This document shows positions 36,934 through 48,428 of a stretch of DNA of 64,000 nucleotides, piece after piece. Both the position numbers and the translations under genes were made by a program. This stretch comes from a virus, in IMG/VR virus record IMGVR_UViG_3300005747_000263, positions 1 through 64,000 of that record; one strand, written 5' to 3'. Below the pieces are notes generated by a model. The model saw nothing but the letters and a program-made list of their open reading frames with translations. It had not been told where the DNA came from and made no database searches. Each line of letters starts with the position of its first letter. The first letter of the stretch is position 1.

Positions 36934-37497
36934 ATGGCGAATAAGACTTACTACAAGGCAGACAATGTTGTTCTGACCATTGAAGATGCCGCTGTTACGG
37001 GCAAAGCTTATCAGTTGGCGGATTTCGCCGCTACTGAGATTGGCTCCGGTAACCTTGGTTTTTTCTGGAACGTGAACAGCATCAGTTTCACTGCCACACA
37101 AAACACTGTTGATAAAGGACATGTCGGTACCGATGAAATGGACCACATTGCCACGAACAAGACCTACGAAGCATCTATTGACATGGACTTCTACAGCGCT
37201 GACGCTGACGTTACCCTTGTCGATGGCGGTACGACCTACCACGCTGTTGACCCAGTTAGTATTGCTAAGCAAGTCATTGACGGCTTGGGCGAAAAGTACA
37301 CTGGCGTCCTTTACATTGGTTGCGACCTCGGTACTGATAACGCTAACAGCGAGGAAGACTATGCTCTCCCCAGCACTGCGGCTCTTAGTATTCAACTCGA
37401 TGAAGTAATGTTCACGAGTCTGCCCACGACTTACACGGCTGGCGAAATCACTACGATTAGCATTCCCTTGAAGGTCAAGAGCAGCGCAATCCTATAA
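36934..37497 (+). CDS. tail tube protein 2 (paralogue of 36085-36915)
   Basis: SFTATQNTVD..HVG....IATNKTYEASID, FTS...AGEITT.SIPLKVK. Confidence 0.7.
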   Translation: MANKTYYKADNVVLTIEDAAVTGKAYQLADFAATEIGSGNLGFFWNVNSISFTATQNTVDKGHVGTDEMDHIATNKTYEASIDMDFYSADADVTLVDGGTTYHAVDPVSIAKQVIDGLGEKYTGVLYIGCDLGTDNANSEEDYALPSTAALSIQLDEVMFTSLPTTYTAGEITTISIPLKVKSSAIL

Positions 37498-37534
37498 TAC
37501 TGGTCATCCAGTATTCCCTTTTCCCTTCCTTCTC

Positions 37535-37650
37535 TCAGAAGGCGTTTAAACGCCGTCTAACGGGATATCTTTTTTTCCCTACCCACGGGGTCCCGTGTGG
37601 GTATTAATGCGCTTAGACGCAGGATATGGGGCCTTAGAATCGATTAAAAC
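37535..37650. repeat. dispersed ~100-bp element, copy 3
   Basis: AAACGCCGTCTAA ... CTTAGA ... GGGCCTTAGAATCG (78-nt spacing). Confidence 0.6.
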
Positions 37651-37664
37651 GCAGAGGAACTAAT

Positions 37665-38048
37665 ATGAGTGAACTAATTGAAGACTTTGGCGACTTTATT
37701 TCCAAAGTTAATGAAAAAAATAAGTTCGAAGTTGAATTTGAAGTCAACGGCGAATTAAACACTATTGCTTATTCTGAACTAAGTAGCTCGGAAGAGATTT
37801 CTGTTCAGAAAGAATTCGGACGATGGTACAAGGATAACTACAAGGATACCACGTTCGATAAAGATGTGAGCCTTCAGCAATTCCGTTTCTTTAAAATGAT
37901 TCAGAAAGCTGGTGGCATGGGTAAAACTACGTTCGATGAATTCATGGCTATGCCTCGACTAATCACTAGTGCCCTCGCGGTTTCCATTGAGAAAGACCTC
38001 TTTGACCGCTACCCTCACATTAAGGACCAAATTAACGCCCTACGTTAA
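37665..38048 (+). CDS. tail assembly chaperone, putative
   Basis: Between tube and tape measure genes. Confidence 0.6.
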   Translation: MSELIEDFGDFISKVNEKNKFEVEFEVNGELNTIAYSELSSSEEISVQKEFGRWYKDNYKDTTFDKDVSLQQFRFFKMIQKAGGMGKTTFDEFMAMPRLITSALAVSIEKDLFDRYPHIKDQINALR

Positions 38049-38051
38049 TAC

Positions 38052-38618
38052 ATGCTTCAAGTAAATACTCTTAAAGAAGAAACTCCAGTAGATTTACTGA
38101 GAGGATTATTCTCTTACAAGAGTATTTACTGGGTTAGTGTTACGATTAGAGACGTTGACTACAGGTTTAAATTTACCCCCTTATCCCTCCTTGACCAATT
38201 AAATATCTCCAATAAGTATAGTAACATTGATGATATTAAAGTGCGACAAGAATGTATTGTTAAAGATTCTTGTTTATTAATGTTACAGAAAGCAGGTAAT
38301 AATACTAGTACTATCGAAACACTTAGTAGTATTCACTTGCTTAGTATTTATCAAGCAATGCTTGTCGAATTACAAGAGTTTAAAGAAAGTATTCAGAAGT
38401 TCTGCGATGCTAATAAGACTATCCCGTTAAAGCGTAGTACTAATCCTACTACTAAACTAGATAGTCTTGTTAATATTACAATGGTTGTTAAGGAGTTAAA
38501 CATGTCTCTCGACGATGTGTTACTTCTCGATGATGTTTCATTATTCTGTTTATTATCTGGTATGAACGAAATCGGTGTTCGCGAGAGTAATTCTTACGAA
38601 CAATCTAAGAGTAACTAA
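38052..38618 (+). CDS. second tail assembly chaperone, putative
   Basis: Directly upstream of TMP; shares M.QKAG motif with the previous ORF. Confidence 0.55.
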   Translation: MLQVNTLKEETPVDLLRGLFSYKSIYWVSVTIRDVDYRFKFTPLSLLDQLNISNKYSNIDDIKVRQECIVKDSCLLMLQKAGNNTSTIETLSSIHLLSIYQAMLVELQEFKESIQKFCDANKTIPLKRSTNPTTKLDSLVNITMVVKELNMSLDDVLLLDDVSLFCLLSGMNEIGVRESNSYEQSKSN

Positions 38619-38619
38619 T

Positions 38620-41600
38620 ATGTCCCTCGCCGCAACTCCTGGTTTATCTGGTGGCACCTTCGGTTCTGGTCGCGGTATTCTCGCTGGCCGCTTGGGTGGT
38701 AATCAAATTGGTATCGTCGCCATCGGTATCGATGCTGGTGCCGGAGCAATGCTTCGTAATCTAGCAGTAATGAGTAAAGTTACGGAGGGCAATATTAATC
38801 GTGCGGGTAAATCCATTATTGGGTTTAACGTTGCAGCTAGTGGCATGATTAATTCCTTGGCAGTTATGACTGCCGGTATTGGCATTGCCGCCGTCGTGGT
38901 TAAGGACTTTAATACTTCCATCGCCGAGATTAGTAGTATTACCGGTGCCGATACCGAAGAAGTTATGCGTAGCATTGGCGACACTGCAATTGAAATGTCT
39001 CAGAAGTGGGGTTTCAGTGCGGCGAAGATTGCCGATGCTGGTCGTATTATTGCTCAGGCTGGCTTTGACCTTGAAACTACTAAATCTATTCTCGTTGAGT
39101 TAACTGAATTCGTCCGCGCTACACCTGGGGCGGGTTTCGAGGACGCGGCTAAGTTTGCTACGGAAGCGTTCGCTGTATTTAATTTAACCGTTGAAGATTC
39201 GGAGCGTTTATTCAATTCACTCACTTTCACTATTAATAACGCCAAGGTTGCCATTGTCGATTTAAGACAAGGTTTTAATCAGTTGGCGCCGGTTGCGTCT
39301 GCATTGGGTATTAGTTTAGAGTCTACTCTTGCTACACTTGGCGCATTGGGTACTGCCGGTCTCGGCGGTAGCGCCGGTGGTACTGGTACTAAGACTGGTT
39401 TGCTGGAGTCATTATCTCCTACCGGCGAGCGACTTGAGAAGTACGGCGAAACGCTAAATGCGTTCAAGTTCGCTGTGTCTGAGACTGGCGACTTCGCTGT
39501 CGCATTCGATTTACTTCTTCGCGGTTTAGATACTAACTTAGTAGACTTTAGTCAATCCTTGGAAAAGTTGCGTATCGACGAACAAATTGAAAGTATCGAA
39601 GATATTAGTGATGTGAAACTTACCGAGTTTGGCACCAAGATTGATACTGTCTCCAAGTTAACTGAAATCTTTGGTATTCGCGCCGTGCGCGCATGGCTTG
39701 CGTACAGCACTGGTGCGGTGAAGGCTAAGCAAGATACTATTGCGATGGAACTTCAGTTGGAAGATACCACCGATGCCGCTAATAGAGCGATGGAGCAAAT
39801 GGGTGCTCAAGCGGGTCGCTTAGGCGCTCAACTTGCGGCGGCTCTATTACAAGGCGATTTCGGTAGTAACTTAACTGGTATGCTACAAGGGCTCGCAGAT
39901 AGCGGTGCGTTCGTAGAAATTGGTGAAGAAATCAATGATGGTATCAACGATGCATTGCTATCGTTAGCCGAGAATGCGGATAGTATCGCAGAATTGATGG
40001 TCACACTGTCTAAGAGTCTTAGTACTTTTGCAGACTCTGCTGTTATTGCGTTTGATGCTTTGAGCGGTGTGCTTAAGGTTCTTAATAGTCTCGGTCCGGT
40101 TGCTGATTTATTGGTTGCGAGAATGGCTATTGGTGCCCTCTTTGGTGGGGCAGCACGTCGCGGTGTAGACCAGTTTAGAGAGTTAACTAAATCTAACGCA
40201 ATTACTCGGTTAAATAAGCAATTACAAGATAATGTTAAATTTGCAGCTAACTCGAAGCTTGCAAACATGTCTTTGACTGCCACGTTTAACGAGGAACTTT
40301 TTTCTATTCAACAGTTAACGAGGGCAAACACTAACCGGATTGCCTCTATTAATTTATTAAACGCACAAGAAAAAGAGCAAGGTATCCTCACAAAGGAAAA
40401 CTTCTTGGCTCGACAAACTGAAATTGCAACTCTAAAGAAAGAAATTGCACACGAAAATCTTTTAAGTAACGCCATTCGAGAAGAAATGGCGGCGATGAAG
40501 GCTAACTCAGTTCAGACTACCGTCAACATGAGGGCGCATCAATCTAGGACTGCCGCACTAAAGGCGGAAATCCTTGCTTCTGAAAAAGCAATTACTGCCA
40601 ACAGCGCTCTCGGTGCTTCAACCGCTAAAACTCTTTCGAGGGGCACTATGGCTGCGGGTGGAGTTGCCGCAGGGGCGGCAGGTAAAGCCGCTCTTCGGGG
40701 CACTGCGGGTAGGGCGGCCGGAGCCGCGTTAGGATTGAGTAATCCCGTAGGATGGCTCATTATGGGGTTGACGATTGTTCTCCCATTAATTTCTTCGTTT
40801 AGTCGCAAGTCCCGAGAAGCCAGCGATATTACTTCCAGTTGGGCTGAAGAAATTCGCAATGGTGCCGGTGCATTTAATGAATTAGACCAATCTATTCTTG
40901 GCGTCAATGAAGCGATTGAGGCACAAGAGAAACTAGGTAAGAGTAAACTCCTAAGTAGTACGTTTGTACCCGGTACAGACGGTAGTGTTGACAAATTAAC
41001 CGATGTATACGCGGTAGATTTATCGGGAATGAGCGAAGAGAATCGTGAGCGCACTATGCAGTTAGCGATTGAGCAGAACAAGCGCATTGTTACTCTCGGC
41101 GAACTTCTTAACAGCGACTTATCTGACCTAGACCGTCAACGGTACACTGAGTTTCGTAATGCTAAATTACAAGAGTACGAGGCTCAACGACAAACCGAAA
41201 TTGGTAAAGTAACTCTGGTTCAAAAGACCGGTAATGCCGTCACCGATTGGTTCAAGACCAGTTTCGTTAATGCAATGAAGATTACCGTAGGTACTATCGG
41301 CGGGTTCCTTTACACCCTTGGCGGGAACGTTGTAGCATTCGTGTCGGAAGCTCTCGCTGCAATTCTAAGAGTGTTCGATAAGTTACCGGACTGGATGACA
41401 CCCTCTTATTTGGGAGATGCAATTGCCAGCCTAGAAGACTATGCTAAACAGTCGAGAGAAAGAGTAGAGGGCGGAATCGATGCTGCTCGCGACGATTTCC
41501 TTGATAATGTTGGCGGCCTTAATACTTTCATTGACACTATCGATAGTACTATTCCTACTATTGATGACTTCGTAATAATTATTGACGAAAACACTAGTCG

Positions 41601-42132
41601 TCTCGGTCAATTGGCCGACACCATTACTGGTTTCAAGGATAACATCGGCGACTTCGAATCTATCTTTAAGAGATTAGATAGTGCAGTATATGATACCGTA
41701 GACGGTGTCCAAGTGATGAATGGCACTTTCTTCGAAATTGCAAATACTGGATTCGAACTGTCTCAGGCAATGTCTAAGTTTAAGACTTTCCTTATCACTA
41801 AGGAAATGACTACTATTGCCGGGGAAATTAGTGGCGTGTTTACCTCCCTCGGCCGCGATGTTCCTGCTGGATTCCAGAGCATTATTGATATGCTCAATAC
41901 TCAATTACTCGGCGAGGCTACGGCTCTCGCTAACTTATTCGACCCCAACACTTTTAATGCAGAGTCTTTCATCGAGATTCTCGCTAAAGCAATGGACAGT
42001 CCTCGATTTGAACAGAACAACAACATTGTCATTCGTGTCAGTACTAGCGGCAATCCACAACAAGCTGTTGAGGCCGCAGACATTGTTGCTCGCAGACTGA
42101 CTGGACAAGGTATCCCCGTGAGGGACGTTTAA
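38620..42132 (+). CDS. tail tape measure protein
   Basis: ~1170 aa, Ala-rich helical; TP901-type core (LAPVASALGISLE...GLGGSAGGTG..T.L); start set to ATG 38620. Confidence 0.92.
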   Translation: MSLAATPGLSGGTFGSGRGILAGRLGGNQIGIVAIGIDAGAGAMLRNLAVMSKVTEGNINRAGKSIIGFNVAASGMINSLAVMTAGIGIAAVVVKDFNTSIAEISSITGADTEEVMRSIGDTAIEMSQKWGFSAAKIADAGRIIAQAGFDLETTKSILVELTEFVRATPGAGFEDAAKFATEAFAVFNLTVEDSERLFNSLTFTINNAKVAIVDLRQGFNQLAPVASALGISLESTLATLGALGTAGLGGSAGGTGTKTGLLESLSPTGERLEKYGETLNAFKFAVSETGDFAVAFDLLLRGLDTNLVDFSQSLEKLRIDEQIESIEDISDVKLTEFGTKIDTVSKLTEIFGIRAVRAWLAYSTGAVKAKQDTIAMELQLEDTTDAANRAMEQMGAQAGRLGAQLAAALLQGDFGSNLTGMLQGLADSGAFVEIGEEINDGINDALLSLAENADSIAELMVTLSKSLSTFADSAVIAFDALSGVLKVLNSLGPVADLLVARMAIGALFGGAARRGVDQFRELTKSNAITRLNKQLQDNVKFAANSKLANMSLTATFNEELFSIQQLTRANTNRIASINLLNAQEKEQGILTKENFLARQTEIATLKKEIAHENLLSNAIREEMAAMKANSVQTTVNMRAHQSRTAALKAEILASEKAITANSALGASTAKTLSRGTMAAGGVAAGAAGKAALRGTAGRAAGAALGLSNPVGWLIMGLTIVLPLISSFSRKSREASDITSSWAEEIRNGAGAFNELDQSILGVNEAIEAQEKLGKSKLLSSTFVPGTDGSVDKLTDVYAVDLSGMSEENRERTMQLAIEQNKRIVTLGELLNSDLSDLDRQRYTEFRNAKLQEYEAQRQTEIGKVTLVQKTGNAVTDWFKTSFVNAMKITVGTIGGFLYTLGGNVVAFVSEALAAILRVFDKLPDWMTPSYLGDAIASLEDYAKQSRERVEGGIDAARDDFLDNVGGLNTFIDTIDSTIPTIDDFVIIIDENTSRLGQLADTITGFKDNIGDFESIFKRLDSAVYDTVDGVQVMNGTFFEIANTGFELSQAMSKFKTFLITKEMTTIAGEISGVFTSLGRDVPAGFQSIIDMLNTQLLGEATALANLFDPNTFNAESFIEILAKAMDSPRFEQNNNIVIRVSTSGNPQQAVEAADIVARRLTGQGIPVRDV

Positions 42133-44972
42133 TGACGTTCATTTACTACGATGTATATCTAGCAGGGAGTCTTGTCGAACACTCTGATTTACAGTTCTCT
42201 ACGCCACCAAAGAATCCTAAAGATATACCTGTTGCATCCTTTAAGATTCCTAATCGAGTAACTAGCTCCGGCAGTGTGTATTCGGGGTTGAGTTCTGGGT
42301 CTTCAGTATTAATTTATGATGACCAAGGGACTCTTGTGTTTGACGGAGTAGTTGATTCCCGTAAATTCCTATTGGGGGAGCGAGACTCGACTGTAAAAAT
42401 TACTGCTGTTAATCGTCAATATAAAAAGCTGTCTAACTTTATTTGCGATTCATATGATTTCTTAGAGAGCAATGATGATTACGGTGTCACTATTAATCCT
42501 TGGGAGTATAAAATTCTTAGGTCCACAGACCCTTCGCACCCCGTTGAGAATTTAACGCTCATTGGACCGCCTGTATTTGGATTCAATCAGGCCGATGTTG
42601 CCAAAGCTATTATTGGTGAGAAACTATTATTTTCTCACGATTTTACTAGCAACGAGTATTTATTGCCAGTCACAACTGCTACTGAGACTTCGTATTTAAA
42701 TACCGCTAGGAATCCCGCAATCGACGGTGGAGCCCAAACTACTCCTCGTTTACAATTGATGCCGAACGGGAATGGTGTATACCGCACAAGCGGTAGTGTA
42801 GAGTCTGTTCCGTTTATGAACGGAGACCCGCACATTGACGCAATGGGTAATATTACTTCTGCCACGATTCGCGTGTATGGTGTAGTTCCTTCTGGCTGTA
42901 GTTTTACTGTCGATGTATGTCGCAATGGTGGAACAACTTTTGGTGACGATAATGAGGACTTTATTGGCGGAGATTATGCATCGAGAGACTATTCCACTGG
43001 CGTAATTAGCGCGACGAGCGGTAATGGTGTAGAACAAATTCTCGTATACGACGACGTATACGGCAATTCTCACGACACCGGACTTAACGAGGTAAGCTAT
43101 ACTTACTGGGAAGGCACCACTAGCTTTAGTGGCAAAGCTGCCGGTAATAGTTTGGCATACAAGATTAACATGACGGGGAATGGTAGTACTACTGCCTATC
43201 TCGAATACGTTGTGATTGATGCAGTAACTGTTAGCGACACCGGCATTAACGCTGGTACGGTTGATGTCTACGACGGAGACCCCGCACTATCTACTAGTAC
43301 TTTCTTTGAAGGAGACTTTGTTTCTAAGAATCGACTAGAAGCTCTCGGGGATTTACGACTCAGTACATTGAAAGACGATGTGCTAGAGCACTTCTGGAAT
43401 GTGTGGATTGACATTGATGGTGATTTACATTTCAAGGAAACTCGGGGTTCAGTAATTGGTACTACGTTTTCTTTTGCCAACATGAATCTCGATGATTTAG
43501 ATTATCAGTTCGACGACAATGATATCTGGCATAAATGTGTTGCATATGGCGCCGGTAGTGGTAAGTATCGAACTCGTATCGTTAGTAGTGCCGAATTTAC
43601 CAATGGCGGGTTGAGTTCTGCTAGCACTAAGGCTACTTACGGAGACCTCGCGAAAGTGGGTAAGTATGAGGACGGAAATGCTAGCACTGCTAGTCAGTTA
43701 CTGAGGAAGGCGCGAGCCGTCTTTAAGTTACATCAAACTCCGTTCGAGACTCTTTCCGTTAAAAAAGGTATTGTTATTACGGATAGTATTCCCTTTGATA
43801 TTGGAGATACTATTACCGTTAATGTTCCCCAGTTAGGGATTAATAAGTCATTCCCGGTTGAGGATTTAGTTATTAGTGAATCTGGAGACGGGGGTGTGAC
43901 CGTGGCTCCCGTCCTCGGAGAGCCCCTTGGTTCACTCGCCAACGCCATTGCTAGCATTGGGGGTAGTACGCAGAACATTCACGTTGTTAGACAGGCTAGC
44001 GGCTCCCAGACGGGTGCTACTGGGTCTGGTACGTATTTCACTAATCAGATTAATGGTGTGTATACTTTTGGACTGAGTGATACATACAATATCGATAAAG
44101 TATTCCTAAAGGCTATCACCGTTCCTTATGACATTACTTCTACGGGTGCCGGTGCTGCCGTAGCATTAGATGCTTCTGGTGCAAATGATACGTCAGAAAC
44201 AGTTGCTACTAGTTCCAAATTTTATGAGCCGGGTTATTTTATTGATGCGGATACATTGCCCGAATCATGGTTCCTCGATGTACCCGCAGCAGTTAATGGC
44301 GACTTTGCGGGAGCAGTTGTATCTTTTACAATCGCTAACCACTCGGGCGCATCCCGCAACTATACTTACACCATTACTAATGATACGCAAGCAACTACAT
44401 TAGAAACGGGGTCTACCGGCGGTATTGCGAATTTAGAGACTGAAGTATTCAATTTTAACTACGTATATCCCGATGTTGAAGAAGGAGACCGAGTAAGGAT
44501 TACTCTTGGTGGTCCACTTATCGGTACGAGCATGGATTCTAGAGACAATTGGACGAATTGTCAAATGACTATTCAATCTTCATCTAGTCACTTTCACGAG
44601 GGGGGGACGCATGAGCATCCGCCTCGCTTTGGTATTTGGGCGTTTAATGGTGACGACGGAGACGGAGACATTAGTCCCGGCACGGGAACGCCCCCTGTCT
44701 TTGCGTCCAACATCAATATCTACGTAGACCCCGATGACGATATTACACCAAATGTCGGGTCACAATTACCTATAACATTCGGGGACCCCAGTCAATCTAG
44801 TGAAATGGATGAAATTGATATTACTGCATTTTTGAGCAGACAAGATAACGGTAAAATTGTAGATGGTATGCATAAAATCATCGTTAACAGTTCTACTGTT
44901 TCGGGGAATAATACGAGCGGTTTAGGTAAAGTACAGTTTGTTGTGTACGATAAAAGGAGGACTAGTGAATAA
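42132..44972 (+). CDS. tail tip / hub (Tal-like) protein
   Basis: 946 aa after TMP; LVFDGVV, WIDIDGDLHF, FDIGDTITV..PQLGI. Confidence 0.7.
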   Translation: MTFIYYDVYLAGSLVEHSDLQFSTPPKNPKDIPVASFKIPNRVTSSGSVYSGLSSGSSVLIYDDQGTLVFDGVVDSRKFLLGERDSTVKITAVNRQYKKLSNFICDSYDFLESNDDYGVTINPWEYKILRSTDPSHPVENLTLIGPPVFGFNQADVAKAIIGEKLLFSHDFTSNEYLLPVTTATETSYLNTARNPAIDGGAQTTPRLQLMPNGNGVYRTSGSVESVPFMNGDPHIDAMGNITSATIRVYGVVPSGCSFTVDVCRNGGTTFGDDNEDFIGGDYASRDYSTGVISATSGNGVEQILVYDDVYGNSHDTGLNEVSYTYWEGTTSFSGKAAGNSLAYKINMTGNGSTTAYLEYVVIDAVTVSDTGINAGTVDVYDGDPALSTSTFFEGDFVSKNRLEALGDLRLSTLKDDVLEHFWNVWIDIDGDLHFKETRGSVIGTTFSFANMNLDDLDYQFDDNDIWHKCVAYGAGSGKYRTRIVSSAEFTNGGLSSASTKATYGDLAKVGKYEDGNASTASQLLRKARAVFKLHQTPFETLSVKKGIVITDSIPFDIGDTITVNVPQLGINKSFPVEDLVISESGDGGVTVAPVLGEPLGSLANAIASIGGSTQNIHVVRQASGSQTGATGSGTYFTNQINGVYTFGLSDTYNIDKVFLKAITVPYDITSTGAGAAVALDASGANDTSETVATSSKFYEPGYFIDADTLPESWFLDVPAAVNGDFAGAVVSFTIANHSGASRNYTYTITNDTQATTLETGSTGGIANLETEVFNFNYVYPDVEEGDRVRITLGGPLIGTSMDSRDNWTNCQMTIQSSSSHFHEGGTHEHPPRFGIWAFNGDDGDGDISPGTGTPPVFASNINIYVDPDDDITPNVGSQLPITFGDPSQSSEMDEIDITAFLSRQDNGKIVDGMHKIIVNSSTVSGNNTSGLGKVQFVVYDKRRTSE

Positions 44973-47900
44973 TGGGTAATGGACTAAATGATACGTTAAC
45001 TATTAACGGTATTACATACGGCGGATTAGATTCCAGGTATTCTCCTCGGATTCGAAATGCAGCAGACACTAATATGTGGGGTCACAGAATCCCAGTTAAT
45101 GACGGTGCGGTTGACCATTTTGCAACACTGAATGGTGAGGGTTTCATCTATGATAAAGATGGTATTTTATACTACGCCAGAACTAAGGATAGTGATTACC
45201 AAGTTTATGATTTAACCGCCAGCGGGGGCGGGGGTGGTTCCAATACCCTCGACATCGATGCAGACATTGGTTCTGGAGAAATTGATTTATCTAGCGAGAC
45301 GCTACTGGTGCAGGGGGGTACCGGCATTGACACCCAAATGTCGGGCAACACTTTAACTATTACTGCAACCGGGGGAGGTGGTGGCGGTTCCATGAATTCG
45401 TTCTTTATGAGAGACGACGGGACCCCCACTACTCTAGAAATCGACAATGCAAAATATGTCCAATTCCTCGGTGCATTCGATATCGACGTAAACTGGACAG
45501 ATACCGACAATGGCACCACAGGAGACCCGTACAAGTTAACATTTAGCGGTGTCGGTTTGCTACCCAGAGATGGCGTTCGCCCCATGACGGGCACTTTAGA
45601 CATGGATGGTAATGCTATCTCGGACATTCATTACTTACAAACCGAGGATAGAATTAGCGACTTGGTTGGAGTGGGCACTGGGGGTCGTTTATACACTATC
45701 GATTTAGACGGAAGGCTGCGATATGTACATAATACATATGATTCGGGCACACAGCAGTTAGTAGCGTTTGTGGATGAACTCATTACAGACCATGGAGCAT
45801 TGGACGGATTAACCGATGACGACCACACGCAATACTTACTAGCCACTGGAACTAGAGCATTAACTGGCGACTTACAATTAGGCGATAACGATATCATCGA
45901 TGTCGCAAGAATCTCTTCATCTACATCATTTACTGCTTCCGACGAATACATTGACTTTGCCGGACCCGGTAGTTACATGGTAATTAATGCCGGTAACAAC
46001 ACGGGTCTTAAGTTAATTCATAACAATGTAACACAACTTACGCTTGATACGGATTCAATCATTATTGCCCCTGATATTTTCCCAAGCACGAATAAAATCG
46101 AGATAGGTGCTAATACACTCGAATTAGTCGCGGCCAACACTAAGATTGATATGTTGGGTAATGATATCTTAAACACTGTTGACGGCGGCGGTTATTATCA
46201 AGTTAAGTTCGGTTCGACGGACGCCATTAAGTTTACTCATTCTATCACTACTACCACAGTGAGCACTGATTCGGCCGACATTAAGTATGAAGATGCTCAA
46301 CACTTAATGTTTATCGAGCAGGGTGGCGACCCGACTAACGGGGCCGATACGGGGTATATGTACACTAAACAGGCTGGTAGTGGGTACACTGAACTCTATT
46401 ACATGAATAGTAATGGAGATTCATTCCAGCTTACACCAAATACTACTTCGACCGGAATTAACATCGAAGACAATAACAGTCTTGAAACTGGATTGTTTAG
46501 TACATTGGATTTCACTTCTAGTACTGGCGTAGTTATGCAGGTTAACCCTTCGGGGTCTGAAGCAGTTGTTCTCGCTAGTCTGGACCTCACACACAGTCGT
46601 AATAAAGACCACGATGCACTTCACGTGTATTCTGGAGCAGGATTAACTAATGGTGGTAATGAAACTATAAACGCAGATATTACTCTTAACGTAGGTGCAG
46701 GTGAGGGTATTGTTGTAAATGCAGACGATGTTGCTCTTGACCCGGATATAGCGGGAAATGCGCTTATTTACACTGCAGGGACTTTGGATGTTAACCCCGA
46801 TACAACTACCATTGAGATAAATGGTAATGCGTTAAGAGTTAAGGATTTAGGCATTTCTACAGCTAAACTTGCCGACGTTTCCGTGACAACCGGTAAACTG
46901 GCGAATTTAGCAGTTAACGAAAGTAAGATTGCGGGTGGTGCAGTTACTGGCATTAAGATTGCAACTAACACTATTACTGCTAATAATATTGCCACAAACG
47001 CGGTCGGCGCATCAGAATTAGCAGACAATGCTGTAGATACTAATGCAATCGTTGATGTTGCAGTAACTAGCGGTAAACTCGCTAACGGCTCGGTGCTGAA
47101 TACTAAACTAAGTGACATGGCTACCTCTACCCTAAAGGGTAGAGTTACTGCCGGTACTGGGGACCCTGAAGATTTAACTGGCACACAAGCAACTACACTC
47201 CTCGACACGTTTACTAGTTCTTTAAAAGGTCTTGTACCCGGGTCTGGTGGCGGTACTACTAATTTCCTACGAGCAGATGGTTCTTGGGCGGCTCCTTCCG
47301 GTGGCGGTGGCGGCGGTACGATGGATGACTGGGTGGTACAAGACTCTGGTGCAGACACTCGAACAATTGGCGATGGCGCAACTCTTATCTTTACCGGCAC
47401 TGGCGATGGAAACACTGTAACCACAGACTTAACTGGTGCAGGACCATTCACTCTCACCGTTGACGTAGACAACACGGATAAGGGTTCTTCCCAGAACATT
47501 TTCAAAACCATTGACCCTTCTTCGGGAACCAATATTACTGCGTCGAGTAACTCCGACACGGTGTTCATTAACGGTAGTGGTGGTATCACTGTTACCGGTT
47601 CTGGCAGTACACTCACCATTGATGGTACTGGTGCTGGCGGCGGTGCAGACAACTTGGGTAATCACACTGCTACTCAAGAACTCAACATGGCCACTTACAA
47701 CATTTATTTCTCCGACGACACAGGTGTTAAGTACATTAGTGATGGCTCCACTGGAACACCGCTAGGTACAGACAACTATATTAAGTTCGATAAAGGGGCT
47801 TCCGACCACATACGGATTAACGGGGACGGTTACATTACTTTCTCTGCCGGTGGTAATAGTGTAATGAATCTAGATGCTAATGCGTTAACACTTTTGAATG

Positions 47901-48346
47901 GACTATATGTTAACTTGAATAGTGGAACCTTGTATAACACAGGATACATAACTAATAAAGTTCCGGCTCTTACCCCTGGTAACAGTGATGAATACATCCA
48001 GTTCTCGGGCAACGACATCAAATACAACGCTTCCGGTAGTCATCTTTTCTATGACACTGGTACATTAATGTTACATTTACAGGATAACTCTGGTGTCACT
48101 GAACAAATTACAACGAAGAATCGTGAAGCTGCTCTTGACTGGTGGGAGATTCAAATTAAGGCTTCTACAGCGTTCCGGTGTGAAACTACCGGTACTGCAC
48201 CAGAAATTTCTTTCTTTGGTGTTACACCTGTGGCTAAACAGGCCGCCATTAGCGACCCGAGTGGCGGGGTGACTATTGATTCTCAAGCCAGAACTGCAAT
48301 CAATGCAATTATTGACGCATTGCAAGCATACGGATTACTTGCATGA
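44972..48346 (+). CDS. tail fibre protein
   Basis: 1124 aa; DHGALDGLTDDDHTQYL, 10-aa AVT..KIA repeats, C-terminal FFG.TPV.KQ...IDSQARTAI..LQAYGL. Confidence 0.8.
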   Translation: MGNGLNDTLTINGITYGGLDSRYSPRIRNAADTNMWGHRIPVNDGAVDHFATLNGEGFIYDKDGILYYARTKDSDYQVYDLTASGGGGGSNTLDIDADIGSGEIDLSSETLLVQGGTGIDTQMSGNTLTITATGGGGGGSMNSFFMRDDGTPTTLEIDNAKYVQFLGAFDIDVNWTDTDNGTTGDPYKLTFSGVGLLPRDGVRPMTGTLDMDGNAISDIHYLQTEDRISDLVGVGTGGRLYTIDLDGRLRYVHNTYDSGTQQLVAFVDELITDHGALDGLTDDDHTQYLLATGTRALTGDLQLGDNDIIDVARISSSTSFTASDEYIDFAGPGSYMVINAGNNTGLKLIHNNVTQLTLDTDSIIIAPDIFPSTNKIEIGANTLELVAANTKIDMLGNDILNTVDGGGYYQVKFGSTDAIKFTHSITTTTVSTDSADIKYEDAQHLMFIEQGGDPTNGADTGYMYTKQAGSGYTELYYMNSNGDSFQLTPNTTSTGINIEDNNSLETGLFSTLDFTSSTGVVMQVNPSGSEAVVLASLDLTHSRNKDHDALHVYSGAGLTNGGNETINADITLNVGAGEGIVVNADDVALDPDIAGNALIYTAGTLDVNPDTTTIEINGNALRVKDLGISTAKLADVSVTTGKLANLAVNESKIAGGAVTGIKIATNTITANNIATNAVGASELADNAVDTNAIVDVAVTSGKLANGSVLNTKLSDMATSTLKGRVTAGTGDPEDLTGTQATTLLDTFTSSLKGLVPGSGGGTTNFLRADGSWAAPSGGGGGGTMDDWVVQDSGADTRTIGDGATLIFTGTGDGNTVTTDLTGAGPFTLTVDVDNTDKGSSQNIFKTIDPSSGTNITASSNSDTVFINGSGGITVTGSGSTLTIDGTGAGGGADNLGNHTATQELNMATYNIYFSDDTGVKYISDGSTGTPLGTDNYIKFDKGASDHIRINGDGYITFSAGGNSVMNLDANALTLLNGLYVNLNSGTLYNTGYITNKVPALTPGNSDEYIQFSGNDIKYNASGSHLFYDTGTLMLHLQDNSGVTEQITTKNREAALDWWEIQIKASTAFRCETTGTAPEISFFGVTPVAKQAAISDPSGGVTIDSQARTAINAIIDALQAYGLLA

Positions 48347-48428
48347 TAAATAGTTTAACATATAATATTGAAGAAGGTAATACTTCTTCCGTCAACAATG
48401 TTGACGGCTATTTTTCGGAGGAACAAAT

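Noticed and set aside
37665-38618. Classical -1 slippery site between tail chaperones
   Set aside because: No XXXYYYZ heptamer seen near the end of the first ORF; the two ORFs are in the same frame, each with an ATG
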